Source of the DNA: a virus
Lineage: Duplodnaviria > Caudoviricetes
Direction: 5' to 3' (one strand)
Virus record (IMG/VR): IMGVR_UViG_2974528942_000001
Span: 1 to 64,000 of that record
DNA length: 64,000 bases
In this document: positions 45,915-55,155 of the stretch, piece by piece
Layout: every line of letters starts with the position of its first letter
Numbering within the stretch: position 1 is the first letter of the stretch
Translations under genes and position numbers: made by a program
Notes under the pieces: generated by a model
The model's input: only the letters and a program-made list of their open reading frames with translations
What the model was told of the DNA's origin: nothing
The model's database searches: none

Positions 45915-46742
45915 CTAGATGAGTTCGAGTTCTTCTTTGATGGTGTTGGCTATGTATCTTGGCACCGTCAAGCCGGGCTTGATCTCGTAGTTCACGTAGT
46001 GACCGTGAACTCCAGTGCGGAGGTAGAAGGCCACCGCCTGCCCGGTGAGGTCAGCCCGCCGACGGAACTCGAAGAATCCACGGATGCCGGGGAACTTCTT
46101 GCGAATGTCGTTGTACAGACCACGGTCAGCGTGGTACTTACCGAGAGCGTACGCCACCCACTGGTCGGGGCGACCGACCCAGAACTTGATCAGGTACGGA
46201 GCGAGCTCGGGCAACAGTGAATCCGTCTTGACTGTGGTGGCGATGAGGTCTCCACGGATCGCGAACTGGTGAACTCGATCTTCGACCGTGCCCCACGAAC
46301 CTCGCCCGCCAAGGATGCCCTCGCCTGCGATGGTTCCGCCCACTCGATCACGGCCATCTCGTCGAGGATCGGACAGTCCGAAGTACCCGATGAACTTCTT
46401 TCCGTCCAGGGGGAGGGTGCCGAGGCCGATCTCCTGCGCGATGTTGCCCGCGATCCAGGCACCCTGCGAGTATCCGACGAGTGCGAACGCTGCACCGGGG
46501 GGCAGTGCGGCGATCGCGTGCTGCAGTTTGGTCTCGCCATCCTTGACGCTGTCCACGGCGGCGGCTTCACCACCGAAGCGGGCGAGGTATCCGATCGACC
46601 TGCAGTAGATTCGGTAGCCGTTGTAAGCGCCCGGCAGCTGATCGACCACCTGCTTGAGTAGACCCTCGGGTTCGCGCAGGCTGTTGGACGATTGCGTTTC
46701 CCAGGTGCCCGGCACCAGGATGACATAGAGGATCTTGCTCAC
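45915..46742 (-). CDS. lysB: Lysin B-like alpha/beta hydrolase (cutinase-like)
   Basis: VPGTWE, nucleophile elbow GYSQGA, DPRR, GDLIA, late His motif GVHGHY. Confidence 0.75.
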   Translation of the reverse strand: MSKILYVILVPGTWETQSSNSLREPEGLLKQVVDQLPGAYNGYRIYCRSIGYLARFGGEAAAVDSVKDGETKLQHAIAALPPGAAFALVGYSQGAWIAGNIAQEIGLGTLPLDGKKFIGYFGLSDPRRDGRDRVGGTIAGEGILGGRGSWGTVEDRVHQFAIRGDLIATTVKTDSLLPELAPYLIKFWVGRPDQWVAYALGKYHADRGLYNDIRKKFPGIRGFFEFRRRADLTGQAVAFYLRTGVHGHYVNYEIKPGLTVPRYIANTIKEELELI

Positions 46743-46743
46743 G

Positions 46744-47238
46744 TCAGTACTTCTTTCCGTGCTTGTAGGGGCGGGTGAAGTTGTACCTGATCTTGCGGAT
46801 CAGTGCCTGCCCGAGCTGGCGATCCTTGATCCGAGCACGGGATGAGTCCGCGATCCGCACGAACACGTCAGCGAGCTCGGTTGCCGCGCCCTCGGGCTTG
46901 CGGAGCACGAGGTGCATGTCGTCATCGGGGTGGGTACTCGTCGGCAATCGGTGAATGCCCTCGACATTCTTGTCCGAGTACCACAGTGCGGGGCGACCGG
47001 CACGGTCCTCTTCGAGTGCTTCGCTGACCTCACTGTGGATGAGGGCGATCTCCTCGGGGAAGCCGCGCTCGGACTCGTGAAATCCGTGCGACTCGGTGAT
47101 TCGCCAGCAGGCTTCCTCGAGTACCGCTATGGCGTCGATGATCAGCTGCTCGCCATCGTCGGTGAGTTGGCCGTCCTCGAGAACGAAGGCTTCCATCTCT
47201 GCCTTGGTGGGCGGCTGCGGCACGTACTTGGGGTCCAT
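46744..47238 (-). CDS. MazG-like nucleotide pyrophosphohydrolase
   Basis: LIHSEVSEALE...KPEG...ELADVFVRIAD...KIRYN..RPYKHGKKY. Confidence 0.8.
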   Translation of the reverse strand: MDPKYVPQPPTKAEMEAFVLEDGQLTDDGEQLIIDAIAVLEEACWRITESHGFHESERGFPEEIALIHSEVSEALEEDRAGRPALWYSDKNVEGIHRLPTSTHPDDDMHLVLRKPEGAATELADVFVRIADSSRARIKDRQLGQALIRKIRYNFTRPYKHGKKY

Positions 47239-47694
47239 CTACTTGCTCCTTTTACTCTGACCGGAGGGTCCGGTCGGGGGTCTGCGGGACTGGGCTTGCT
47301 TCATAGCTGCGCGCTGCTTGAAGGCTTGAACGTAGGGCGAGTCTAGTCCGCTTGTGGTGCCGTCGCGGTGACGCACAACCTTCCACTGCTTTGCGGAATT
47401 GAGACGGGGCCTGTATAGGATTGGATTCTTTTTGTCCATCTTCCGGCATCGGCGCTTATGACTTGGACTTAAGTATGGATACCTGATCCAGCGAGGATCG
47501 AAGGCTCCCCCCACCACCATCCATAAGTCCCAGCACTGATCACATCGCCAGACAGAACCCACGCCCTCGGCGGCTCCGTGAACATTCCCCAGGTCACTCC
47601 AGGGACGCCACTCGCCTTCGGGAACCGGCTTCTGTGGCGGCTCGCATTGGTGCGGCTTGGGCTTCAATGGCTCTTTTCCAAGTACAACCATCAC
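47239..47694 (-). CDS. Basic hypothetical protein
   Basis: GTGA overlap with resolvase stop; WRCDQCWDLW. Confidence 0.6.
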   Translation of the reverse strand: MMVVLGKEPLKPKPHQCEPPQKPVPEGEWRPWSDLGNVHGAAEGVGSVWRCDQCWDLWMVVGGAFDPRWIRYPYLSPSHKRRCRKMDKKNPILYRPRLNSAKQWKVVRHRDGTTSGLDSPYVQAFKQRAAMKQAQSRRPPTGPSGQSKRSK

Positions 47695-48227
47695 GGCTCC
47701 CAGGTATTGTCGATGATCTCGGGTCTCAAGAACTCTTGGAACACCCGCTTGAGTTCTTCCTGTGCCGGATCGCCAAGCGGCGGGTCGAGTTCGTACGTCT
47801 CCAACTGCGACCACACCTCGATGATCACGTACGGCACAGTCGAGACCATCTGCGGCCCGGCGAGCCGCCCGCCGACGTCGATCACGTCCCGGTCGTTGCC
47901 GATTGCCACCCCCTGTAGGGCATCCTCCGTGGCTTTCTGCATGTTTGTGGTGTCCGCGACATGCGACGTTGAAGTAGACGTCCGGTTGACTGCGATCTCC
48001 AGTTGTCGGCTGAAGGTGAACCGCAGTCTGTACATGCCAGGCTCGACCTGAACGTCCCGAGCTTGCAGCTCCGCGCGCACCGCGTCCTGGTAGGCCTTGA
48101 GCTGTCGATTCGGGCTGTACTTGGGCCAGTGCTTTTTGGTCTTGGGGTTGTAGATCATCGTCGGCTTGCCCATGGCCCACGGTTCTGGGTTCAGTCCGAC
48201 GCCCCAGACCCTGTAAGTTGCAGTCAT
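47691..48227 (-). CDS. rusA: RusA-like Holliday junction resolvase
   Basis: DTTNMQKATEDALQGVAIGNDRDV matches the RusA acidic motif; ATGA-coupled start 48227. Confidence 0.8.
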   Translation of the reverse strand: MTATYRVWGVGLNPEPWAMGKPTMIYNPKTKKHWPKYSPNRQLKAYQDAVRAELQARDVQVEPGMYRLRFTFSRQLEIAVNRTSTSTSHVADTTNMQKATEDALQGVAIGNDRDVIDVGGRLAGPQMVSTVPYVIIEVWSQLETYELDPPLGDPAQEELKRVFQEFLRPEIIDNTWEP

Positions 48228-48592
48228 TCTGGCACCTGACTGCCCCAGGTGTACGCACGCTCGAGCTTGGTGTCCTCGTGAATGCGATACACCTTGAACT
48301 TGAGGTGATGTGCGACATGCAGTTCGAGTCGGGCACCCCGCGACTTGGTCCAGCCAGGCATGAGCGCAATCCGCTCGCACAGGAGCAGGCCGTTGCGCAG
48401 ATCGTTGCGCAGATACTCGTGCCACTCGAGGCGACCGATGTGCTCGGGGTTCTCCTCATGGATCTTGCGGGTGAGGTCGGCCGGACTGTGGACCTCGTAG
48501 CCCCGATCTCGCAGCGCCTTGGAGTACCGATCGAACTCGGGGATATTGTAGTTCTCGATCCCCGACATCGGACCTGCAAGATAGATGTTCAC
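48224..48592 (-). CDS. DUF4406 / nucleoside deoxyribosyltransferase-like protein
   Basis: IYLAGPMSG...N...F and MPGWTKSRGARLE motifs. Confidence 0.75.
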   Translation of the reverse strand: MNIYLAGPMSGIENYNIPEFDRYSKALRDRGYEVHSPADLTRKIHEENPEHIGRLEWHEYLRNDLRNGLLLCERIALMPGWTKSRGARLELHVAHHLKFKVYRIHEDTKLERAYTWGSQVPE

Positions 48593-48747
48593 GGTAGGTA
48601 TCTCCTTACTTGTACATCTTTGCCGGCTTTAACCCCTTCGCGGTACGCTCGCCAGGCCTTCCATGCCGAGTCTCCTGCGTAAGTGGTATCCCATGCGGCG
48701 CCTCGTGGAAAGGTATTCCACACACTGACGATGAACTTCACACTCAC
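48589..48747 (-). CDS. Small Trp-rich protein (52 aa), not in ORF track
   Basis: GTGA overlaps at both ends; MSVKFIVSVWNTFPRGAAWD... Confidence 0.6.
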   Translation of the reverse strand: MSVKFIVSVWNTFPRGAAWDTTYAGDSAWKAWRAYREGVKAGKDVQVRRYLP

Positions 48748-49880
48748 GTAGTCCTCCTCGGCATGGCGATGGCCTCGTAGCCATCTTCACTCTGGAACTT
48801 GACGAACGTACTCGGCTTGTCCTTGTTGTAGTGCATGATGACGCTTTTGCCGGGCGCATTCTGCACTGCACTCTTGAAGTACTCCGAAGAGAACTTGAAC
48901 TTGACCGGCGGGTGTTCGCACTGATCCACCATGAAGATGGATTCTTCCACACCCTCGCCCGTGTCGGAGGATCGGACAGCGAAGATCGCCATCTCATCAC
49001 CGATCTCCAGCTCCATGGCAACCTGTCGGTCGTCAGTGCCTGCCGAGCACACACGCTCCACGATCTCCACGATGTACTGCTTGTTCTCAAAGACGAGAAT
49101 GTCGGGGAACTCGCGGGCAAACACCGAATCGACGTTCTTGTAGGCGTCATCGTAGAGCACGCACTTGATGTGCACATCTTCCGAGGGCGCGATCAGCAGG
49201 TACGAGTCCTCGACACCCACCTTGACCTCGTCAAAGTTGCGCAGCACCGGGCCAAGCAAGCGAACCGGCACCACGATGTTCTCGTGATCCGATTCGGACA
49301 GGTCGATCTTGATGGGCATGGTGGCCAGCGTGTAGTTGTTCGAGGCGACGAGCTTCTCCTCGTCGATGTACACGCCCGTGAGTGGCGGGTCATTCTTCTT
49401 GGAGCACGACCACGCCACTGCATCAACGAGCTTGCCGAAGTTCTCCACCACCGGGAGGTCGGTGTCGTCGAAGTCATTCCACTCAGGGAATGCTTCGTGC
49501 GAGACGATCGGCAGCGTGGCCTTCATGGAGCCGCTCGTCATTGACAGCTGGGTTGACTGCTCATCACTGAGTACCAGCTTCGACCCCATCCTGGACGGCA
49601 GCCGAGCAGTCAGGTTGAACATGAACTTGCTGGACACCCGCCAGGTGACGGGTGGGCCGTCAGACTTGACGGGATACAGCGTCTCCATGTAGAAGATGTC
49701 ACCGTCAGTGCAGCGCAAGGTCACGTACTCGCCGTCGAACTCGAACACGAAGCCGTGGAAGTCCATGAATCGGTCGCTCTTGGTGGGAGCTACCGAGCTG
49801 GCCTTCTTGATGGCGTCGGCGAAGGCGGAGTTCTCAAACTCGATTGTCGTTGGCACTGGTCTCCTTCGCTTGTTCGACAT
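48744..49880 (-). CDS. dnaN: DNA polymerase III beta sliding clamp-like protein
   Basis: 378 aa; TLRCTDG, PPLTGVYI, LVASNNYTLA, ENIVVP, C-terminal IAMPRR typical of beta clamps. Confidence 0.8.
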   Translation of the reverse strand: MSNKRRRPVPTTIEFENSAFADAIKKASSVAPTKSDRFMDFHGFVFEFDGEYVTLRCTDGDIFYMETLYPVKSDGPPVTWRVSSKFMFNLTARLPSRMGSKLVLSDEQSTQLSMTSGSMKATLPIVSHEAFPEWNDFDDTDLPVVENFGKLVDAVAWSCSKKNDPPLTGVYIDEEKLVASNNYTLATMPIKIDLSESDHENIVVPVRLLGPVLRNFDEVKVGVEDSYLLIAPSEDVHIKCVLYDDAYKNVDSVFAREFPDILVFENKQYIVEIVERVCSAGTDDRQVAMELEIGDEMAIFAVRSSDTGEGVEESIFMVDQCEHPPVKFKFSSEYFKSAVQNAPGKSVIMHYNKDKPSTFVKFQSEDGYEAIAMPRRTT

Positions 49881-50091
49881 TCTTGGTGCGCAGCTTCATG
49901 CTGGCGATGAACAGGTCACGGGCGAGTTCGGGGTGGGTGTCCTTAACTGCCGTGGCGTAAGCGTGCAGTGCGCTCGGCGTGGCCGGGTCGGACTCCTCGA
50001 GGACGAAGCACCAGCCCATGGGCTTGCCGTCGATCCTGGATACGAAGTACTTCGCGAGGAGTCCGTCACGGCTCGGATCTTTGGCGGGCAT
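49834..50091 (-). CDS. Hypothetical protein
   Basis: KYFVSRIDG...FVL...DP...ALHAYA; coupled. Confidence 0.7.
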   Translation of the reverse strand: MPAKDPSRDGLLAKYFVSRIDGKPMGWCFVLEESDPATPSALHAYATAVKDTHPELARDLFIASMKLRTKNVEQAKETSANDNRV

Positions 50092-50741
50092 TACTCGCCG
50101 ATCACCAATTTACGCAGGTCGGCGGGGTCGGCCGAGTCGAGTGTGATTGCTCGCGCCTCAGCTGCCACGTGGTACACCCACTTGTCGAGCCGGCGCTGCA
50201 GGTCGATCGAGAAGAAGATGTCGCTGATGACGTCGTGGTTGCCCTTGGCTTCCTTGCTGGGGTCACCCTCGATCGCGCCGGTGAGCGTGGGGTAGTGGTA
50301 CTTGACGAACTCCATCTGCGATGACGAATCCACGCAGCGGTGACTGAACAGATTGTTCAGGTCGGCCATGTGAGCGGCCAGGAAGCCGCGGTCGAAGTGC
50401 ACCGAGCTGCCGTACACCGGAACCTTGCCCAGGTTCCACGCCTTGACAACCTCGACGGCCCGTTCCTCGACCTTGTCGGGCGTGAAGAATCCGGGCGAGT
50501 CGGCCTGAACGTTGACGAGCTTGGCGAGTAGGCCCGAGCCGTCGGGTCCGTGCATCTCCTTGATCACGTCGTCGAGCGTGCCAGCCTGGATTTGCATGAT
50601 CACACTGGGAGAAACCACCAGCGAGTGGAACATGTCCACCACCGTGTAGTTCTCGACCAGGGCAATGCCGATCTCGGTGATGTGGTGGTAGGTGGGGATC
50701 AAGCCGGTGGTCTCGAGGTCGATGTAAACGGACTGTGTCAT
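50091..50741 (-). CDS. DEDDh 3'-5' exonuclease (oligoribonuclease/DnaQ-like)
   Basis: YIDLETTGL, GSSVHFDRGFL, HDVISDI. Confidence 0.85.
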   Translation of the reverse strand: MTQSVYIDLETTGLIPTYHHITEIGIALVENYTVVDMFHSLVVSPSVIMQIQAGTLDDVIKEMHGPDGSGLLAKLVNVQADSPGFFTPDKVEERAVEVVKAWNLGKVPVYGSSVHFDRGFLAAHMADLNNLFSHRCVDSSSQMEFVKYHYPTLTGAIEGDPSKEAKGNHDVISDIFFSIDLQRRLDKWVYHVAAEARAITLDSADPADLRKLVIGE

Positions 50742-50926
50742 TTGTTGTACTCCTTCTTGAAGTATGCGTGAATGTCGGCGCGGGGTATGAGCCAGTTCCT
50801 TCCCGGTCTGATTGCACCTGGGTATACCCCTTCACGCAGGTGCTTTCTGATCGTCCATTCGGTGACGCGCAGCAGCTTAGCTGCCTCCCGCACCGTCAAG
50901 TACTCGGGCTTCTCCTCGGTTGCCAC
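50738..50926 (-). CDS. Excisionase-like helix-turn-helix DNA-binding protein
   Basis: YLTVREAAKLLRV...GRNWLIP; GTG 50926 after GGAAGG. Confidence 0.8.
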   Translation of the reverse strand: MATEEKPEYLTVREAAKLLRVTEWTIRKHLREGVYPGAIRPGRNWLIPRADIHAYFKKEYNK

Positions 50927-51191
50927 GGTTAGCCTTCCTGTACTCGTGGATTGAGTGGTCTTCTTTGGCGACGTCTTCGATGTAGTTGATGCACCTGGTG
51001 TAGTGATACCAGCACAGGCGCACAACTCGCCGGGTTGCAGGTGATGGGTAGTTGTTCCACTCAAGATCTAGTTCAACCTCGCGGATTTCTTCCCCACCAC
51101 TGCGGTAGTTCTGTGCATGCACAGGTACTGCGTTAGCCCGAGGGGTGTGAGGCCACTGGCAATTCTCCCGGATGCACCCGTTTGTCTCCAT
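50877..51191 (-). CDS. Hypothetical Cys/His protein
   Basis: Start after AGGAGGG; overlaps both neighbours by about 50 bp. Confidence 0.5.
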   Translation of the reverse strand: METNGCIRENCQWPHTPRANAVPVHAQNYRSGGEEIREVELDLEWNNYPSPATRRVVRLCWYHYTRCINYIEDVAKEDHSIHEYRKANRGNRGEARVLDGAGGS

Positions 51192-51375
51192 CACCCTCCT
51201 TGCATACTCGTTCGTGCCATTCATCAGGGCTGAACAGCTTGCCGTCGTGCGTAGTCGGCGAGCCGCAGCCGGGGCACCGATGCAAGTCGTAGTCGCACCT
51301 GTCACAGCACTGATAGCAGCCGCCCTCACGTGCGTGAGCTTGGGGATCACAGTTCTCGGTGGGTAGATCAGTCAC
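51133..51375 (-). CDS. Small Cys-rich protein
   Basis: GTG 51375; CYQCCDRCDYDLHRCPGCG. Confidence 0.55.
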   Translation of the reverse strand: MTDLPTENCDPQAHAREGGCYQCCDRCDYDLHRCPGCGSPTTHDGKLFSPDEWHERVCKEGDGDKRVHPGELPVASHPSG

Positions 51376-51619
51376 GGAAGAACACCTCCAGTGTGTCCAT
51401 GGCGCTGCGTATGCCATCGGCCTTGGCCTTGGCCTTCAGTGCCCTGTCTGCATGGATGCTGTACCCGTTGCCACGCTTGACATCGTTGTAATACTCTTTC
51501 GATTCGCGGCCCACAGTCTCCTCGAGTGCTGCGATCTCGAGATGCATCCTGATGATGGCGAACTGGATACGCTGCTCGGCCGACATTCTGCGCGTGATGT
51601 TGAATCCAAAGATTCTCAC
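51368..51619 (-). CDS. Hypothetical protein
   Basis: Coupled to helicase stop. Confidence 0.7.
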   Translation of the reverse strand: MRIFGFNITRRMSAEQRIQFAIIRMHLEIAALEETVGRESKEYYNDVKRGNGYSIHADRALKAKAKADGIRSAMDTLEVFFRD

Positions 51620-53319
51620 AGCGTCCCCTCCATTGCTTCCTCGAGCTTCTGCATGAAGCCCTTCGACTTGGCTGCGCCCTCAATGATGGCTTCGTTGGCG
51701 AAGTTCTTGTCTCGAATGATCGCCTCGACACGAGCCTCGCAGCTGTTGCGCACGAAGTACTCCATCACAGTGATCGGCGTGCCGTGGCGCTCGGAACCAA
51801 TGCGCCGCAGTCGACCGACACCCTGCTCGTTGAGGGCTGGGCTGAACTCCTTGTCGATGAACTGGCAGTACCGAGCCTCGGTCATGTTCAGTCCGACGCC
51901 CATCGCTTTGATGATGCCGATGATGATGGCAGGCCCGTCTGTGTTGGCCCACTCCTTCACCACCTTCTGACGCTTGTCCTTTTTCACGTCGCCGTGAATC
52001 TCGTAGATCGGTACGTCAGGGTCGATCGCGCGCAGCCGCTTGATGTACGCTTCGATGATCGGCCTGAACTGGCTGAACACCACGACCTTCTCGCCCGAGT
52101 CAATCAACTGCTTCACGTCTTCGATTGCCAGATCCAGCTTCGGGCTCTCGTCCGAGTCCGGCAGCAGCGTTGACGTGCCCGCGCAGATCTGACGCAGCCG
52201 TAGGTTGCGAACCATGGCATGCTTCTCGAGGATATTCTCGTGCGGTTCCTTCTCCTCGAGATAGATGAGGCCCCATGGATCGAGGTTGCGCCACTGAACC
52301 AGATGGTTGTACATCTCCTTCGGGAGACCCTCCAGGGAGACGTTGCGCTTGATGAAGTTGACCTCGGGTAGGTCCAGCACCTCGTCGATCTTGCGGCGCA
52401 GCATAACCTGCGAGAGCTTCGTGCGCAGCAGGTTCTCGTTCTTGATCGACACGGACTTGTGATCACCCTGAATAGTGATCTTCACAAACTTGCTCTTGAA
52501 TGCTGCGAATGTACCCCACTGTCCGGGGGTCACGATGTCGAGCAACGTCCACAAGTCGACGACCTGGTTCATCATCGGCGTGCCGGTGACGCAGAACTTG
52601 CGGGGTGCGTTCAACTGCTTAGCATTCTGGTACCGCTGAGACGCGGGGTTCTTGATGTTGTGTGCCTCATCGAAGACTACGATGTCAATGTCAAAGGCGT
52701 TGAGCTGCTGGACATGTTCTTTAACCTGCTCGTAGTTGAGCACTACGATCTTGTCGCCGGGCAGCGCACGGAAGCGCTCCACCTGAGCGAACCGCTCCAC
52801 CACATTCGCACCCGTTACCAGGCAGCTCTGAATGTTGGTGAACTTCTCGATCTCCTCGGCCCAGTTCAGGCGCAACGAAGGTGGTACAACAGCGACCATG
52901 GTGCAGTCGCGGTCGGGGTTGATCTTCTTGACCCGCCAGCAGTGCATGCCGAACACGGCGAGCATCTGCAGCGTCTTGCCCAGGCCCATCTCGTCGCCTA
53001 GGATGGCACCCTTCTTGTCCTTCATCCACTTCACACCATCGACCTGGTGCTGCTTGAAGACGATCGAGTCCTTGATCCAGGGCTCAAGACTGCCACGGTT
53101 GCCGAGCTTCTGCGGTCGACTCACTCGGCTACCACTGACTGTGTTGTTGCGTACACGAGGGGCAATGTACTCATCGGGGGCTGCCTTCGCTCTGGTTGGC
53201 GGTGCTGTCCGCTTCGGACGGACCGGAGCTTGTGTTCGCTTTGATTCAGTTATGCGCTGCTGTTCGGCGGCTGAGCGCCGATCAAACTCGGCGCTAGCTG
53301 CCTTCAAAGCTTTGAACAA
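51616..53319 (-). CDS. SNF2-family SF2 DNA helicase
   Basis: GDEMGLGKT, DEAH, VTGTP, VVFSQF, GVGLN, QGVGRLRRIG. Confidence 0.92.
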   Translation of the reverse strand: MFKALKAASAEFDRRSAAEQQRITESKRTQAPVRPKRTAPPTRAKAAPDEYIAPRVRNNTVSGSRVSRPQKLGNRGSLEPWIKDSIVFKQHQVDGVKWMKDKKGAILGDEMGLGKTLQMLAVFGMHCWRVKKINPDRDCTMVAVVPPSLRLNWAEEIEKFTNIQSCLVTGANVVERFAQVERFRALPGDKIVVLNYEQVKEHVQQLNAFDIDIVVFDEAHNIKNPASQRYQNAKQLNAPRKFCVTGTPMMNQVVDLWTLLDIVTPGQWGTFAAFKSKFVKITIQGDHKSVSIKNENLLRTKLSQVMLRRKIDEVLDLPEVNFIKRNVSLEGLPKEMYNHLVQWRNLDPWGLIYLEEKEPHENILEKHAMVRNLRLRQICAGTSTLLPDSDESPKLDLAIEDVKQLIDSGEKVVVFSQFRPIIEAYIKRLRAIDPDVPIYEIHGDVKKDKRQKVVKEWANTDGPAIIIGIIKAMGVGLNMTEARYCQFIDKEFSPALNEQGVGRLRRIGSERHGTPITVMEYFVRNSCEARVEAIIRDKNFANEAIIEGAAKSKGFMQKLEEAMEGTL

Positions 53320-53322
53320 GCT

Positions 53323-53904
53323 CTACCCCCATCGTTCCTTGTGTTGGCACCCGAGGCACCCGGCGAATCTGATCTCAGTCTCGATGCGATCCTCGATCGT
53401 CGAGTAGTTCTTGCCGCAGCTCTTGCACTTAAATCCCTTGGACTTGCCGCCGGGCGTGAGTTCGGGCTCCAGGTTGTACTCGTGCATGAGTACCGAGGGA
53501 TCGTCGGGCTGTCCGATCTCGGGGTCGGGCTCCGGCGGGGTCGTCTGAATGTCCTGAAGCTTCGGCACCGGATTGTTCCGGTCGAGCTCGTCTCGCTCCT
53601 GAATCTTGGCCCACTCTTCGTTGGCATCCTTGCCTTCGACGGTGAGCCCCTGCAGGAATACCTGCGAGCCGATGGTGAGCCCGGCCAGTTCGATCCGCAC
53701 GTGCGGGTCCGAGGCGCGTTCGATCATGGAGCGAAGCGTGCGCGTCTGCTCGATGGTGAGCTCGGACAAGAAGTGTGTGAACTCGGACAGGAATGCCGAG
53801 TGCTCGCTCTCCATCTCGGCGGTGATCTGCTGTTGCTTCTCGCGCTGCCACAGCAGGAAGGCTGCGTGGCCCTGCATTTCCTCGGGTAGTTCTTGTTCGC
53901 TCAT
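53323..53904 (-). CDS. Hypothetical protein with C-terminal Zn ribbon
   Basis: CKSC...CLGC; start MSEQELP. Confidence 0.75.
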   Translation of the reverse strand: MSEQELPEEMQGHAAFLLWQREKQQQITAEMESEHSAFLSEFTHFLSELTIEQTRTLRSMIERASDPHVRIELAGLTIGSQVFLQGLTVEGKDANEEWAKIQERDELDRNNPVPKLQDIQTTPPEPDPEIGQPDDPSVLMHEYNLEPELTPGGKSKGFKCKSCGKNYSTIEDRIETEIRFAGCLGCQHKERWG

Positions 53905-53927
53905 GTAAACCCCTTTCACTTAAAGGA

Positions 53928-53965
53928 GTGACCGGGAACCTGCCCCTCGTCAGATTCCCGGTCAC
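53928..53965. terminator. 11-bp inverted repeat after SSB gene, possible terminator
   Basis: GTGACCGGGAA / TTCCCGGTCAC, weak T tracts. Confidence 0.45.
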
Positions 53966-53989
53966 ACTTTGTACCGTCAGATCAGCTGA

Positions 53990-55042
53990 TCAGAACGGTG
54001 GCTCGTCGTCGTCGTCGTACGTCGAGGTCCCCGCCGAAGCCGTTGGCGCCACGGGCTCGGGCTGCTTGACCCGACCCTTGGTGCTGAACACCTTCTCCTT
54101 CTCGGGTTCCGGTTCCGGCTGTGCCTGTGCCTGCGGCTGGGCCGGCTGCGGCTCTTCGACCACGTCGGCGTCGATGGTGTTGTTCTCGACCACCTCGTTG
54201 TTGAGGTTCGGGTCGTCCGACTCGTTCGAGTCCTCGTCGCGCGGCAGCGGGTACTGCTTGAGGAACTCCTTGGCCGACCGGAAGGACTCGTAGTAGTCCG
54301 GGTGGTCTGCCTCGTCGGTGATGCCGACCTTCTCGTACGTCGGCGTGCAGTACTTGACGCTGCCCCGGCGGAACTTGTCGAGACCCAGCTTGGTCACCGC
54401 CGTGAACGTGTTCGTCTTGCGCGTGACGAAGGGGGTCAGGTAGGTCTTGGTGGGCTTGACACCCGACCGACGAACGCTGAACAGGGCCGGAGACCAGACG
54501 GCGTCGTCGCCCTCGCCCTCCATGTAGAGCAGCGGGAGCGTCCACTCCTCGGCGCACCACGGACGCTTGCCGCTGGGGTCGGTGTTCCACTCACGGAACT
54601 TGCACTTCTCGCAGGGCAGCGACGGCTCGGTGAGCATCGGAACTCCGAGCACCTCGACCTCGATGGGCTTGAGGTCGGCGGTCGTGAACCGATCCTGAGC
54701 CTCCCACGGGAAGCGCTTGTCACGCGGCACCTCGGTGCTGAGGTTGGGGAACCCGTGGCGGAAGTCGGGCGACTTGCACAACGGCGAATCCTTGGACTCG
54801 CCCTCGCCGATCTCGGCGGGCCACATGAGCCGGCCCTTGTGGAGACCGAGGATGATGACGGTCAGTTCGTCGAAGGTCTCTTCGGTCTGGCTGTGCTTGA
54901 ACACGCCGTCGGCGTGGTCGATCTGGAGCCGGGGCATCGAGATGTCTGACTGGTCGAAGTCCTCGAGGCCCTCGAGGCCGGTCGAGTTGGCTTTCCAGTT
55001 GACAACGTCGGTGGACTCCGACACGGGCTGAACAGAAGTCAT
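53990..55042 (-). CDS. Putative phage ssDNA-binding protein
   Basis: Folded N-domain with Cys motifs, Pro/Glu linker, acidic tail ending DDDDEPPF; strong promoter upstream. Confidence 0.6.
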   Translation of the reverse strand: MTSVQPVSESTDVVNWKANSTGLEGLEDFDQSDISMPRLQIDHADGVFKHSQTEETFDELTVIILGLHKGRLMWPAEIGEGESKDSPLCKSPDFRHGFPNLSTEVPRDKRFPWEAQDRFTTADLKPIEVEVLGVPMLTEPSLPCEKCKFREWNTDPSGKRPWCAEEWTLPLLYMEGEGDDAVWSPALFSVRRSGVKPTKTYLTPFVTRKTNTFTAVTKLGLDKFRRGSVKYCTPTYEKVGITDEADHPDYYESFRSAKEFLKQYPLPRDEDSNESDDPNLNNEVVENNTIDADVVEEPQPAQPQAQAQPEPEPEKEKVFSTKGRVKQPEPVAPTASAGTSTYDDDDEPPF

Positions 55043-55126
55043 GTTGGTTTACTCGCTTCGTTGGTGTGAAGGTCTGTAGATCTGAAGGTTCGTAGCGTTG
55101 CTGTCCGCACCAGGCGAACGTAGTAC

Positions 55127-55155
55127 ATGGTACCACACAATGCTACACATGTCAA
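55127..55155 (-). promoter_or_regulatory. Early SigA-type promoter
   Basis: TTGACA-17 bp-TACCAT. Confidence 0.75.

Noticed and set aside
47239-48579. 446-aa track ORF as one gene
   Set aside because: The upstream two thirds overlap rusA and DUF4406 in another frame; only 47239-47694 looks coding.
50738-50926. Excisionase-like HTH as evidence of temperate lifestyle
   Set aside because: No integrase, attP-like tRNA match or repressor seen; such HTH genes are common in lytic actinophages. The missing part of the genome could change this.
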